In this document: one piece after another, positions 48,472-57,638 of the stretch | Numbering within the stretch: the first letter of the stretch is position 1 | Layout of the letters: each line of letters begins with the position of its first letter | NCBI GenBank assembly: GCA_964373805.1 | Contig: CAYJWF010000003.1 | Location: forward strand, 23,001 to 87,000 | DNA: 64,000 nucleotides | DNA from: an uncultured Planctomycetia bacterium | GTDB lineage: Bacteria; Omnitrophota; Gorgyraeia; 1-14-0-20-64-10 | Direction of reading: 5' to 3' | Made by a program: the position numbers and the translations under genes | Notes under the pieces: generated by a model | Databases searched by the model: none | The model's input: the letters and a program-made list of their open reading frames with translations, nothing else | What the model was told of the DNA's origin: nothing

Positions 48472-50503
48472 CCACCCTCCTCCCGTACGTCATTCTCCTC
48501 GTCAACCGCTGGATTCCTCCCAGCCTTTGGATCAGTTTGACCATCCCGGAGAGTTGGGTTCCATAACGAGTAAGGGCATCCTGTCTTAAGAGGACTTGCT
48601 CCTCACTGAACGTAAAGCTTAGCCAAATTGGGTCAGCCCGATGGTACGATCCCAGCGACGCCGAGGGATCATCGGTCAGCCAGGCGGGCAGATCAAAGCT
48701 GAAGCTTTCGCTCAGTGCCTCTGGGTGCGCAGTCAGTTGAAAAGCTCCCTCCATGCGACACAGGGTAAAACGCTTTAACTCCTCGAGCTCTTGTGGTTGG
48801 ATATCCCGCAGCCTTTCCTCTAAGAATTTTTCCGAGATGGCAAAAACCGTGTCCAGCCACTCTCGTGCAGCCTGGGATAGCATCCACGTTTTGTGCTTGT
48901 AAAGAACATTGCCGCCCGCCTCACCGGTGAGAAGCTTTTGGTAATGCTCAGGGCTGGAGTAAAAAGCGATGAGCTCCTCCTCGGAATCCCAAAGCTCGTT
49001 GAGGGTTTCAGAGGTAAAGCTATCAAAAATGGTCTTAACGGCTGCAGGCAGATGGGTGGTTTCACGATAAATGGCTTCGATCCAATCCGAGATTAGCAAT
49101 CGATGGGAGCGAATATATTTCTTAAGCGCTTCACAGAGAGTGCCGTTGTAGCAAAGGTCAATCACAAAGAGGAGTTTTCGGGATTCCAGGTAATCTTCTA
49201 GTGAAAAGGCGTTGGTCGCTACGGCGACTTCCTCGGTGTCAAATACGCAACGTCCATTGTAAGTTCCAAAATCAAGTGGAACCACCCGGTATTTTCGGAT
49301 AAAGCCATATTCCCGGATATAGGCATCGTTATCTTTGTAAGGCGTTCCATGCAACATTTGCAGCGTGTGTACGACGATGGTACTCACCTGAGAATCCAGA
49401 AGGTTTCGGATGCCTCCCAGATGCGAGATCCAGGTCTCGCCAGGCAAAGGGACAATCAGTTCAGCCACCTGCGGCCGCCCCTGGGAATTGAGCTCCTCGG
49501 AGATCGCCCGATAATGATCCAGTCGGATGTTGGACCTTTCGATCTTCTTTAACACGGTACTGTCCATCGATTGAACCGCCATGTTGATGATCAGGGTATC
49601 TTTTAGAATTCTCGTCACATCGATAACACGCTGCTTGCTATTTTTTCCGGTCCAGGCGGTTACCGAAAGAGGCCACCCATACCTTTCCTGAAGCCGATGC
49701 ATAAGTTCAGCCGTTTTGTAGTCTCGGGGAATCATGCCGAAATTGTTATCCGCGAGTGTCAGGTGTCCGACGCCCGCCCGTGAAGCCCGTTGAGCGACGT
49801 ATTGCCATTCCTCTTGCACGTATTGGTCGCTGAAAAAATCCACCCGATTGAAATACGAATTTCCCGCGTTACAGAAATTACAGGTAAAGGGACAGCCTCG
49901 CGCCGTCTCAAGCAAAGGCGCCAACCGGCCATCGAAGAATCTATCCAGAAGGCCCGTTGCGTATGGAGAGGGAATGGAGTCAAGATCTTTGATTCTTTCG
50001 ATGGATGGGCCGGAAAAGAATTCGCCGCTCTCCTTCTGGATGAATTGGCACCCTGCGATCGGCTTGGCCAGTACCTCTGGGTATTCCAAGCAAGAGAGGC
50101 GCTTTTCAATAACATTGGAGAAAGCGATTTCAGCCTCATAAAACGTATGACAATCCAATTGCGGCCTTTTGAGAAGAAATTCTCTTTGCTTCGATGGATC
50201 GAATGGGTAATTGGTTCCTCCAAAAACGGTTAGGATTTTTGGGTCAATCGATTTCACGAGTTCTAAGAAATAATAGGAAAGGTTGCTGTTCCACGTATAA
50301 TTACTGCAGCCCAAAACATGAGGGGCCCTCCGATCGATGGCCTCTCTTAAGTCCTCAGGATATTTAAAGAAAGACACCTCGATCTCGTTTCCAAATTTTT
50401 TGATCGCATAGGAACCGATCAGACCGATATTCAGAGGAAAGGCTTCTGTCGCAATTCCAACCCCCATGTGGGTCAAATCGGCAAGATAAATTCTTAGCGG
50501 CAT
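48431..50503 (-). CDS. B12-binding domain-containing radical SAM protein (class B radical SAM)
   Basis: N-terminal cobalamin-binding-like Rossmann region. CPFTCNFCN = CxxxCxxC radical SAM cluster motif at ~aa 200. Large C-terminal domain, 690 aa. Confidence 0.7.
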   Translation of the reverse strand: MPLRIYLADLTHMGVGIATEAFPLNIGLIGSYAIKKFGNEIEVSFFKYPEDLREAIDRRAPHVLGCSNYTWNSNLSYYFLELVKSIDPKILTVFGGTNYPFDPSKQREFLLKRPQLDCHTFYEAEIAFSNVIEKRLSCLEYPEVLAKPIAGCQFIQKESGEFFSGPSIERIKDLDSIPSPYATGLLDRFFDGRLAPLLETARGCPFTCNFCNAGNSYFNRVDFFSDQYVQEEWQYVAQRASRAGVGHLTLADNNFGMIPRDYKTAELMHRLQERYGWPLSVTAWTGKNSKQRVIDVTRILKDTLIINMAVQSMDSTVLKKIERSNIRLDHYRAISEELNSQGRPQVAELIVPLPGETWISHLGGIRNLLDSQVSTIVVHTLQMLHGTPYKDNDAYIREYGFIRKYRVVPLDFGTYNGRCVFDTEEVAVATNAFSLEDYLESRKLLFVIDLCYNGTLCEALKKYIRSHRLLISDWIEAIYRETTHLPAAVKTIFDSFTSETLNELWDSEEELIAFYSSPEHYQKLLTGEAGGNVLYKHKTWMLSQAAREWLDTVFAISEKFLEERLRDIQPQELEELKRFTLCRMEGAFQLTAHPEALSESFSFDLPAWLTDDPSASLGSYHRADPIWLSFTFSEEQVLLRQDALTRYGTQLSGMVKLIQRLGGIQRLTRRMTYGRRVDVSGNNRAEPILG

Positions 50504-51462
50504 GATTCCTTCTCGAGGCAGACAAAGTGGTAACCGCCCAGCGCCTTACTTCTTCCATCCAATTCAACCAGTTCTTTGAGAAAGGGTCGAATCGTATCAA
50601 TCCAATCCGATTTGATGGACCGGCGATTGGCTTCGCTCATCTTTTCTACCATTCGAATCAGGACGGGAAATAGGGGGCGCAGGCCGATGTCCCATACCCT
50701 CAAGGTCAAAGGAGAAAGATAGGAATGGTGCGACACCATCTTAAACCTGAGGCTATGGGAGAGCCTTCCCAATTCAGATTGAGAAATGGTCCAGCGGATG
50801 GATTCGCTTCTTCCTCTGTTTAACAAATGGAGAATGGGTGAGCCCGACTCTCTCCAGTGGTAACTCATGCAGTATTCCTTGAGCTTGGGATCCGGTAAAC
50901 ACAGGAAGGCCCGGCCTCCCCACCGGAGGATCCGCCACACCTCCTTGAGCGATGCCTCAGCCGAATTGAGCCAGTACAACATATTGGAAAAAATCGTCTG
51001 AAAGGATTCCTCCTGGAAAGGAAGCCCATGGTTGGCGTTTGAGGCAGCCACCCAACGATAGAATCCCAACGCTTCTGCCTGGCGTAATAAATTCGGTTTG
51101 CCGTCCAAGGCCCCATCGAATGAGGCCTCCGGTTTTCTTACGATCCAAGCCGGTTCGAAGGGAGCTCGAAGGCAGTCATACACGTCCCCATGGGTCCAAA
51201 AGCCCTTTACATCGACGTTTCGATACCAATCAAACTCCGGTGAGAACGATCCTCCCGCTGTGATGAAACTGAAAATTCCGTTCCCACAACCGAGGTCAAG
51301 CGATGGAGAATCGAACCTCACCGATGCAATCACAGAGGAAGCAATGGCATCCCATAACGCCGATTCGGGTCGAAGCCAGTGTACATTCAGATGCTCCTCA
51401 AGAAAACAGAATGGCCCCGCTTGAGATCCCCGTAAAGCTGGACTAGAGATTTGCTGAGGCAT
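50494..51462 (-). CDS. class I SAM-dependent methyltransferase
   Basis: LDLGCGNGIF motif I. Start assigned to internal ATG (MPQQISSP). The first 54 aa of track ORF 50494..51624 look antisense-derived. Confidence 0.6.
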   Translation of the reverse strand: MPQQISSPALRGSQAGPFCFLEEHLNVHWLRPESALWDAIASSVIASVRFDSPSLDLGCGNGIFSFITAGGSFSPEFDWYRNVDVKGFWTHGDVYDCLRAPFEPAWIVRKPEASFDGALDGKPNLLRQAEALGFYRWVAASNANHGLPFQEESFQTIFSNMLYWLNSAEASLKEVWRILRWGGRAFLCLPDPKLKEYCMSYHWRESGSPILHLLNRGRSESIRWTISQSELGRLSHSLRFKMVSHHSYLSPLTLRVWDIGLRPLFPVLIRMVEKMSEANRRSIKSDWIDTIRPFLKELVELDGRSKALGGYHFVCLEKESCR

Positions 51463-52078
51463 AGGCCTGCCTGCGTTGGAGCACCTTCTCTGCCAGCCAG
51501 AAGTCGAATTCATCGTCAATCTCGAGGTTTTGTTCTCGATCAGTGAACATTCGCTCGATTCGTGTTCCATACCGATCCCCTTGTTGGATGAGACTCGCTC
51601 TAATGACGTACACGTTTCCATCATCGCAAAAGAGGCCGGGCAACTCTTGGCGCCTCAACGTATTCTTCCCATACTCAACAGATTTACAGAGAAAGCCGGT
51701 CGCAAGGGAGTCTGCCTTTGTTTCGAGAAACCTCTCGATGCAACGATCGATGAGACCCGGTTCCCGAATAGGGGAAGTCGCCTGAAGGAGGACCACTATC
51801 TCTGCTGGGATCTGGGTGAGTACCTGTTGGAGAACGCTTAAGGTTGTCGCTTCGTCGCTGGCTAGGTGGTGGGGTCGGTGAATGAACTCACCTGTCCATC
51901 GCCGTGTCACCTGAGCAATCTCAGGGTCTTCCGTAGAAACGACATGCCGATCGAGAAGTCGGGAGGCCTTACCGGCTTCGATCGTCCAGGCGATGAGCGG
52001 CTTACCGGCCAAGATCCGGATATTCTTCCGAGGGACCCCTTTGCTTCCTCCCCGTGCGGGGGTTATTCCCAAGATCAT
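51443..52078 (-). CDS. acylneuraminate/pseudaminate cytidylyltransferase (CMP-nonulosonic acid synthetase family)
   Basis: MILGITPARGGSKGVPRKNIRILAGKPLIAWTIE is the canonical NeuA/PseF/LegF N-terminal motif. 211 aa. Confidence 0.75.
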   Translation of the reverse strand: MILGITPARGGSKGVPRKNIRILAGKPLIAWTIEAGKASRLLDRHVVSTEDPEIAQVTRRWTGEFIHRPHHLASDEATTLSVLQQVLTQIPAEIVVLLQATSPIREPGLIDRCIERFLETKADSLATGFLCKSVEYGKNTLRRQELPGLFCDDGNVYVIRASLIQQGDRYGTRIERMFTDREQNLEIDDEFDFWLAEKVLQRRQAYASANL

Positions 52079-52106
52079 CTTATTTTCTCTAGGCTCCTCG
52101 CCCTCA

Positions 52107-52772
52107 CTAAGTCCATTGATCCCGAATAACCATAAAGGCCTCCGCAGCGGAAAACCCGATTTCCATTCCGCGTTTTTGGGAAAGTACCTCGATCCCCTTA
52201 GGAGATCGAGGATGTGGGAACTCCCTGCTCTCCCTTACATAGGCCTTCAGCGCTTCGATCTTGCGATCAAGGAAATGGCTGATATCGACATAGAAATTCG
52301 GCTGAAAGGCATACTCCTGAAACGGCGGCGCCTGTTCCGTAGAAGAAGCCACTTCATAACAGAGCAGTCGTGGTACCTTTGGCTGTGCAATCGCTCGGCA
52401 GGCGACAAGTGTTGCCTGGAAAACCGCCCGGTGGTCCTGGTTGGAATCGCCTCGATGGTGTGTGTACACGATCGAGGGTTTTACCTGCTGCAGGCAGTTC
52501 TCCAATGGGACGATGATATCCAAAAGTCTTTCATCCAATAATTCATCCCTTAGATCAAGGAATCGCACGTCTTGATAGCCCAATACCTTTGCCGCCCGCT
52601 CAGCGGCCTCTTTCTCCTCTTGGACAATGGGAGGATCGAATCGGTGGTTATAGGCCCGTTTACAAGCGATACAGACCGTCACCGAATCGCCTGCTGCCAC
52701 GTGTTTGGCAATGGTTCCCCCTACCCCAAGTATCTCGTCATCCATGTGAGCCGCAAGGATTAACACCCTCAT
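52107..52772 (-). CDS. PIG-L/LmbE family N-acetylglucosaminyl deacetylase
   Basis: AHMDDE motif, HRGDSNQDH and the second His motif region. 221 aa. Confidence 0.75.
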   Translation of the reverse strand: MRVLILAAHMDDEILGVGGTIAKHVAAGDSVTVCIACKRAYNHRFDPPIVQEEKEAAERAAKVLGYQDVRFLDLRDELLDERLLDIIVPLENCLQQVKPSIVYTHHRGDSNQDHRAVFQATLVACRAIAQPKVPRLLCYEVASSTEQAPPFQEYAFQPNFYVDISHFLDRKIEALKAYVRESREFPHPRSPKGIEVLSQKRGMEIGFSAAEAFMVIRDQWT

Positions 52773-53764
52773 TCCGTTGTCCTCGCAGCCAGCACAAGTT
52801 GATCTCGAATCAGGCCCATGATTCTTTCGGCCCCCCGACCATCCACCAAACTCTTACCTCGTAGGCTCATTCTCTGTCTAGCTTGGAAATCTGCGGCGAG
52901 TCGATCAACGGTCTGATGAATCTTGGCGTCATTAAGGTTCCCGCCAAAACCAAGATTCACCACAGTCCCCATGCCCTCTAGTCTAAGGGCCGTCTCCACC
53001 TCAAAAGGCTCCCCACAAATGGCGATGGCAGGTGTCCCTACACAAGCCAATTCAAACAAGGTGATCCCACCAGCCGAAATGGCCAGATCGGCCTCGTGCA
53101 TCAGCCTGGCCAAATTTGTCGCATCGTGAATGTGGGTCAGATCAAGAGTGGAAGCCGCCAGCGCTTCCTTTAGTTGGGATTGGTGCCGAAAGGCCGGTCC
53201 CGTAACAACCCACACATGGGGACGGTGGGCCATGCCTTCCAATGCGCGGACAACCTTGGGGGTAAAACCATAGGTGTCACTTCCTCCCTGGGTGATTAAC
53301 AGTTTCTGAACCTGCCGTCGACTCGGTTTCTCCCGGCAGTGGAGCTTTTGGAATTCTCTCCTAAGCGCCATGTAAGAGATCTCGGTTACAGCCCGAGGGG
53401 TATGGTACAAAATGTTGATTCGCAGATCTGCAAGCTGTGCGCCCTCCGCCGTATCTTCCATGGTGACGACCAGGCCAGCAAGGCTCTTAAGGGCGCGGAT
53501 GTATTCGGGGAAGTTATTCAACTTGTTAACCACCACGACGTCCGGACAAAAGGATCGAAGAAACTCCTGTTCTTCCGACAATGAATGGAATCCATGGAAA
53601 CGAAGGCCTTCTTTTTCCAGAATCTCCTGGGCCTGCGTATCCTCAGAGATCATAAACGCCGTTTCATCCGAACGCCTCAGGCACTCCTTGGCCAAGGCGA
53701 TACATCCCCAGAGATCTCCCAGCCCTTGGCGGTGATTGCCTTCTGTTCGAAAGACGATTCTCAT
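52769..53764 (-). CDS. PseG-like UDP-sugar hydrolase (MurG-like GT-B fold; pseudaminic-acid-biosynthesis-associated family)
   Basis: MRIVFRTEG...GDLWGC N-terminus, LLITQGGSDTYGFT and AISAGGITLFELACVGTPAIAI blocks resemble PseG. Assignment is from memory of the family, not a search. Confidence 0.5.
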   Translation of the reverse strand: MRIVFRTEGNHRQGLGDLWGCIALAKECLRRSDETAFMISEDTQAQEILEKEGLRFHGFHSLSEEQEFLRSFCPDVVVVNKLNNFPEYIRALKSLAGLVVTMEDTAEGAQLADLRINILYHTPRAVTEISYMALRREFQKLHCREKPSRRQVQKLLITQGGSDTYGFTPKVVRALEGMAHRPHVWVVTGPAFRHQSQLKEALAASTLDLTHIHDATNLARLMHEADLAISAGGITLFELACVGTPAIAICGEPFEVETALRLEGMGTVVNLGFGGNLNDAKIHQTVDRLAADFQARQRMSLRGKSLVDGRGAERIMGLIRDQLVLAARTTE

Positions 53765-53768
53765 GGGG

Positions 53769-54788
53769 TCATTCCAACTTTTCCCAGGTAATGACCTCGT
53801 CCTTCCGGATGGCTTGCTTGGCGAGTCGGCCGATAACGGTCCGATAAAGCGAAGGGGCTACGCCCGTTCCAGGGCGCTTCAAAATAATCTGGTCCTCAGA
53901 GATCGCTTCCCCTGCCTGAATGTCACTACGAGCGATGGCGCTCTTCCGAGTCTGCAGCCGCATATTCTCCTCAGTGGGGGCTGGACGTTTCACCTCATCT
54001 CCTAGGGCTTGTTCAAGCTCCCGAACGGCTAAGACCAACGCCTTCATTTCCGGTGGATCTGCAGAGAAAAAAGCGTCGGGTGAATCCAGGTGCTTATCGA
54101 GAGTAAAATGGCGCTCAATCACCGATGCTCCTAAAGCGACAGCACCCAGCGGAACACTCAGGGTCATCGTGTGATCTGAAAAGCCAATCGGCGCCTTGTA
54201 CGCCTTTTGCAGGGCACGAATGGCCTTGAGATTAACGAGGTGAAGATCCTTGACCGGATAGTTGGAAATGCAGTGGAGAATGGCCACCTGGTTGTTTCCC
54301 GTGTCGAGGATAGCTCGCACAGCCTCATCGACCTCCGCTAACGTAGCCATCCCCGTTGAGAGAATAATCGTTTTACCCTTCTGGGCGACATAGCGGATGA
54401 ACGGGAGATTGGTCAGATCGTCCGAACCGACCTTGTAAGCCGGCACCTCAAGTCGTTCAAGGAGGTCCACATCATCAAAATAGCTGGGGGTTGAAAAGAC
54501 CATGATCCCACGGTTTCGAGCGTGAGCAAAAAGTTCACCGTGCGCTTGTTCAGAAAGCTCATATCTCTGGAATTCTTCAAATTGATTCGTGCCACCGGCC
54601 TCTGCTGGAAAATCGACCATTCGAGAAGTAACCGTTTCTGCCCTAAACGTCTGGAACTTCACAGCATCTACGCCGCATTCCATAGCAGCGTCGATAGTGG
54701 CCTTGGCCTCTTCCAGTGTATTAAAGTTATATCCGATCTCAGCGATAATGAAGACCGGTTGGCCTGTGCCGATGAAACGATCCGCCAT
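53769..54788 (-). CDS. N-acetylneuraminate/pseudaminate/legionaminate synthase family (NeuB/PseI/LegI), full length with C-terminal SAF domain
   Basis: PVFIIAEIGYNFNT (IAEIGxNHxG-like), AVKFQTF, KVGSDDLTN, ILSTGMATL, GFSDHT, IERHFTLD, then a C-terminal SAF/antifreeze-like region. Start at internal ATG (MADRFIGTG) at 54788. Confidence 0.8.
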   Translation of the reverse strand: MADRFIGTGQPVFIIAEIGYNFNTLEEAKATIDAAMECGVDAVKFQTFRAETVTSRMVDFPAEAGGTNQFEEFQRYELSEQAHGELFAHARNRGIMVFSTPSYFDDVDLLERLEVPAYKVGSDDLTNLPFIRYVAQKGKTIILSTGMATLAEVDEAVRAILDTGNNQVAILHCISNYPVKDLHLVNLKAIRALQKAYKAPIGFSDHTMTLSVPLGAVALGASVIERHFTLDKHLDSPDAFFSADPPEMKALVLAVRELEQALGDEVKRPAPTEENMRLQTRKSAIARSDIQAGEAISEDQIILKRPGTGVAPSLYRTVIGRLAKQAIRKDEVITWEKLE

Positions 54789-54816
54789 CTTTACCTTCTG
54801 CTGGAGGGTGGAAGGA

Positions 54817-55536
54817 TTATTCAAGGATTTTCTCCAAAGTTTGCGCGCCGATTCCTTTCAAGATATCGCCACTCCTTGGACCATGGTTGAATAGAAGATC
54901 AATAGCAGACATACAAGGCAGAAACGTTTCATGGAGCTGCTGATAAATGGGATGGTGGAACGCCTGAATTTGAACCTCAACGCCCTCACTGCGGAACTTC
55001 TCTAGGTCAAGGTAGGCTTTCCCTGAAATACCGGACAGATACCTTGAAGCCCCAACCTTCTGACAAATCTCTAGGTTCAAATCTCCCTTTCGTGCTTGGA
55101 TTCCAAGTTCCGAAGAACGTTTCAAGGGTACGGAGATCGCAAAGGCCTCCAGCAGGTACCGGATGATGGTTTCGTTAAGGTCAACAAGCCATTTCCATTG
55201 GCAGTGATACAGCTTTTCAAAAAATTCGGCGTGCGCAGGAAAAAAGCAGGCCTTCCGGTAACAATCCATCAGAAGACGTAAGCAGGTCCTTCGCCAATGA
55301 GGACTCCCCGTATTATCAATCTCAACCTGATTAATGGATTGCAGGTGTCTTCCCTTAATCAAGATGGGAACCGTAAGCCAGCGGAATCCTTCAGAGGATC
55401 GGATTCTGTTCCGGTTTTGGAAATACTGTTTTCTGTACTGCACATGATCCAGAAGAACCAATAGATCCACCTGCCGGGCCTTATCGAAAAAACCAAGCCA
55501 CGGAAGGTGCTCGGGTTGGTGGATGGTTACCGTCAT
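54817..55536 (-). CDS. WbqC-like family protein
   Basis: MTVTIHQPEHLPWLGFFDKARQVDLLVLLDHVQY is the conserved WbqC N-terminus. Start at internal ATG. The upstream 101 aa of track ORF 54817..55839 are antisense-like. Confidence 0.65.
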   Translation of the reverse strand: MTVTIHQPEHLPWLGFFDKARQVDLLVLLDHVQYRKQYFQNRNRIRSSEGFRWLTVPILIKGRHLQSINQVEIDNTGSPHWRRTCLRLLMDCYRKACFFPAHAEFFEKLYHCQWKWLVDLNETIIRYLLEAFAISVPLKRSSELGIQARKGDLNLEICQKVGASRYLSGISGKAYLDLEKFRSEGVEVQIQAFHHPIYQQLHETFLPCMSAIDLLFNHGPRSGDILKGIGAQTLEKILE

Positions 55537-55564
55537 CTGGCCTGCCTTTTTACCTGCCCGGGGT

Positions 55565-56641
55565 TTACTTCCCCACTTCCTGTGGTCGTCCCACCAGATC
55601 GTCCAAGACGATGGTTCTGCTTCCGATCTTCCGGGGAACCTTGACGGTTGCTCGAGGAAGATAACACACCTGACAGGGCTCGAAGGTTTCAACGCCTTTA
55701 GATCTTCCGTGCACCTGCCGGATTTCCCGCATCGGTTTCCCGTTCCAAATCTCGTAGAGAGACTGAATTCGGGCGTCTCCAATGGGCTGACGGCCCAATT
55801 CATCGTTGATACACATAAACGCGCGGCCATCCGAGCCAATCACAAGGCGCTGAAAAGGCACGGGACAGACAAAATTCTTCACGTACTGAATCTCCGTATC
55901 CTGGTGAAGATAATCCAACAGGGTGTTGACGCTGATCTCATCGGCTATAGCCTCAAACGTACTCCAGTAGTCCTCGGGATTTTCTTGGATGGCAGGCCAG
56001 ATCCCTTGTATCCTGACGACCGGCTTAACGCTCTTGTTTCTTTTTTTGATTTCAGCGAATTTCCGAATTTTATCAACCATCGCAGGGAATTGCGCCGGTG
56101 CCCGGATTTTCTCATACGTCTGCCCTACCCCATCGAAGGAGATGGTGAGCCAATCCATCTGGAGATTGACCATCTCTTCAAACATCTCCGGGGTAAGCCT
56201 CAGGGCATTGGTGAGGGAATCCACCTCTTTGATCCCCCTCTGTTTTGCGTAACGAATGCAATCCATGAAACGGTGGTTCAGGGTCGGTTCCCCTCGCCAG
56301 CTTAGGCGGATGGAATAGACGTGGTGATCCGCCAGTTCATCTACGATCCTACAAAAGAGGGAATAGTCCAGATTCGTGTGTGGGACGGTTTTTCGAAAGG
56401 CCTCGGTAACGGTATAACACATTGGACATTTCATGTTGCAGGAGGAAGAAAGCTCCAAATCGACATGATCCGGATAGGAACCAGCCAGCCGAAGCCGAGG
56501 ATAAAGGTGCCATCGCACGCGGTTCCAGAAATATCGGACCCGGTGCCCTTTCCCTCGGTTCCAATGAAATTGGGCATGTCTCCAAAAGCCGCTAGCGCCG
56601 AGGTCTGATTTATTTATCTGCATATTTCTCTTGTCCGCCAT
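55565..56641 (-). CDS. radical SAM protein with C-terminal SPASM/twitch Cys-rich domain
   Basis: CNMKCPMC = CxxxCxxC, then C-terminal CPVPF...C...CQVCYL cysteines. Start ambiguous: ATG at 56641 or 56623. Track ORF starts 56704. Confidence 0.65.
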   Translation of the reverse strand: MADKRNMQINKSDLGASGFWRHAQFHWNRGKGHRVRYFWNRVRWHLYPRLRLAGSYPDHVDLELSSSCNMKCPMCYTVTEAFRKTVPHTNLDYSLFCRIVDELADHHVYSIRLSWRGEPTLNHRFMDCIRYAKQRGIKEVDSLTNALRLTPEMFEEMVNLQMDWLTISFDGVGQTYEKIRAPAQFPAMVDKIRKFAEIKKRNKSVKPVVRIQGIWPAIQENPEDYWSTFEAIADEISVNTLLDYLHQDTEIQYVKNFVCPVPFQRLVIGSDGRAFMCINDELGRQPIGDARIQSLYEIWNGKPMREIRQVHGRSKGVETFEPCQVCYLPRATVKVPRKIGSRTIVLDDLVGRPQEVGK

Positions 56642-57638
56642 GATAATACAGGGGCACACACCAGTGGTTCTTGGCCACCCAGTCGGTGTTTGGCAGTTCG
56701 ACATCGCGGTGGAATATCCGGTGACACGGCTGGTCGTATACCTTACCGGTAGATTCCTTCACCGGTTCAAAGACAATGTACTTGTAGTAACCGGAGCTCA
56801 TCCCCTCCGGAAACGTTAGCCGGGAAGGATAGACAGGATCCAGAACCCTCTGGGCAAACTCTCTCTTCCAATCTACGATCTCTGGCATTCGCTCGACTTG
56901 GAGGCAACCAAGGGCTGCTGTAAATTCACTGATTCTGTAGTTAAGCCCTTCGATGGAGTAGCTCGGTTTCCCGTAGTTTCGATAGGATCGGGCAAAGGCT
57001 GCCAGTGTCTCATGTCGGGTCACCAGCATTCCCCCCTCCCCTGTCGAAATGGTCTTTGTGGCGGTGAAGGAATAGATCCCCGCATCCCCCCACGTTCCAG
57101 GCCTGCGACCGTTCCACTGGGCGCCATGAGCGTGCGCGCAGTCCTCCAGTAAGAAGATCCCCTGCTTTAGGCAATAGGCAGCGATGGCCGCCACATCAAA
57201 GGCGATGTGACCTCCGATGTGAACAAGCCATGCGGCGGTTGGACGATGCGCCTTAGCCTTGCGGACAAAGTCTTCGTAAGACATGCAGAGGTCTCTTGGA
57301 TTGCAGTCGACAAATTCCACACGACCCCCCGCCTTAAGCGTAGAAAGAGGAGTGGCCATGAAGGTATTGGAGGGACACAACACCACCTGGTCTCGAACAT
57401 GGGCGTACTCCAGGGCCGCCATGGCAGCCCCAGCCCAGCTTCCCGTCGCCACCGAAGGCAACCCGTTCCATAAGGACCAGAGCTCCTCAAAGCGAGCCGT
57501 AAATGGTCCTTCCGTCCAGCGTTGGGATGTCAGAATGCGGTCCCACATTTCATGAAGACGGTTCCTGTCCCGTTGGTCAAATCCGATGGCGAAGGCCATC
57601 GTTTGTTCCGGACACATCTTAAGGTCGGAGGGCAGCAT
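56610..57638 (-). CDS. DegT/DnrJ/EryC1/StrS family PLP-dependent aminotransferase (sugar-nucleotide 4-aminotransferase, PseC/LegC-like)
   Basis: Fold-type I sugar aminotransferase layout. The FTATKTISTGEGG block is where DegT-family enzymes carry their PLP-binding lysine. ~340 aa. Alternative start ATG ~57617. Confidence 0.7.
   Translation of the reverse strand: MLPSDLKMCPEQTMAFAIGFDQRDRNRLHEMWDRILTSQRWTEGPFTARFEELWSLWNGLPSVATGSWAGAAMAALEYAHVRDQVVLCPSNTFMATPLSTLKAGGRVEFVDCNPRDLCMSYEDFVRKAKAHRPTAAWLVHIGGHIAFDVAAIAAYCLKQGIFLLEDCAHAHGAQWNGRRPGTWGDAGIYSFTATKTISTGEGGMLVTRHETLAAFARSYRNYGKPSYSIEGLNYRISEFTAALGCLQVERMPEIVDWKREFAQRVLDPVYPSRLTFPEGMSSGYYKYIVFEPVKESTGKVYDQPCHRIFHRDVELPNTDWVAKNHWCVPLYYHGGQEKYADK

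Noticed and set aside
54817-55839. Full-length track ORF (340 aa) as the WbqC gene, and full-length 8150..8222 extension of pgk
   Set aside because: The N-terminal ~100 aa (MARMAARLCVST...) is Arg/Cys/Pro-rich and antisense-like. The conserved WbqC N-terminus begins at the internal ATG. Likewise the pgk extension would overlap gap.
55523-56305. Plus-strand ORF of 260 aa
   Set aside because: Antisense to the radical SAM/SPASM gene, whose CxxxCxxC motif supports the minus-strand frame.
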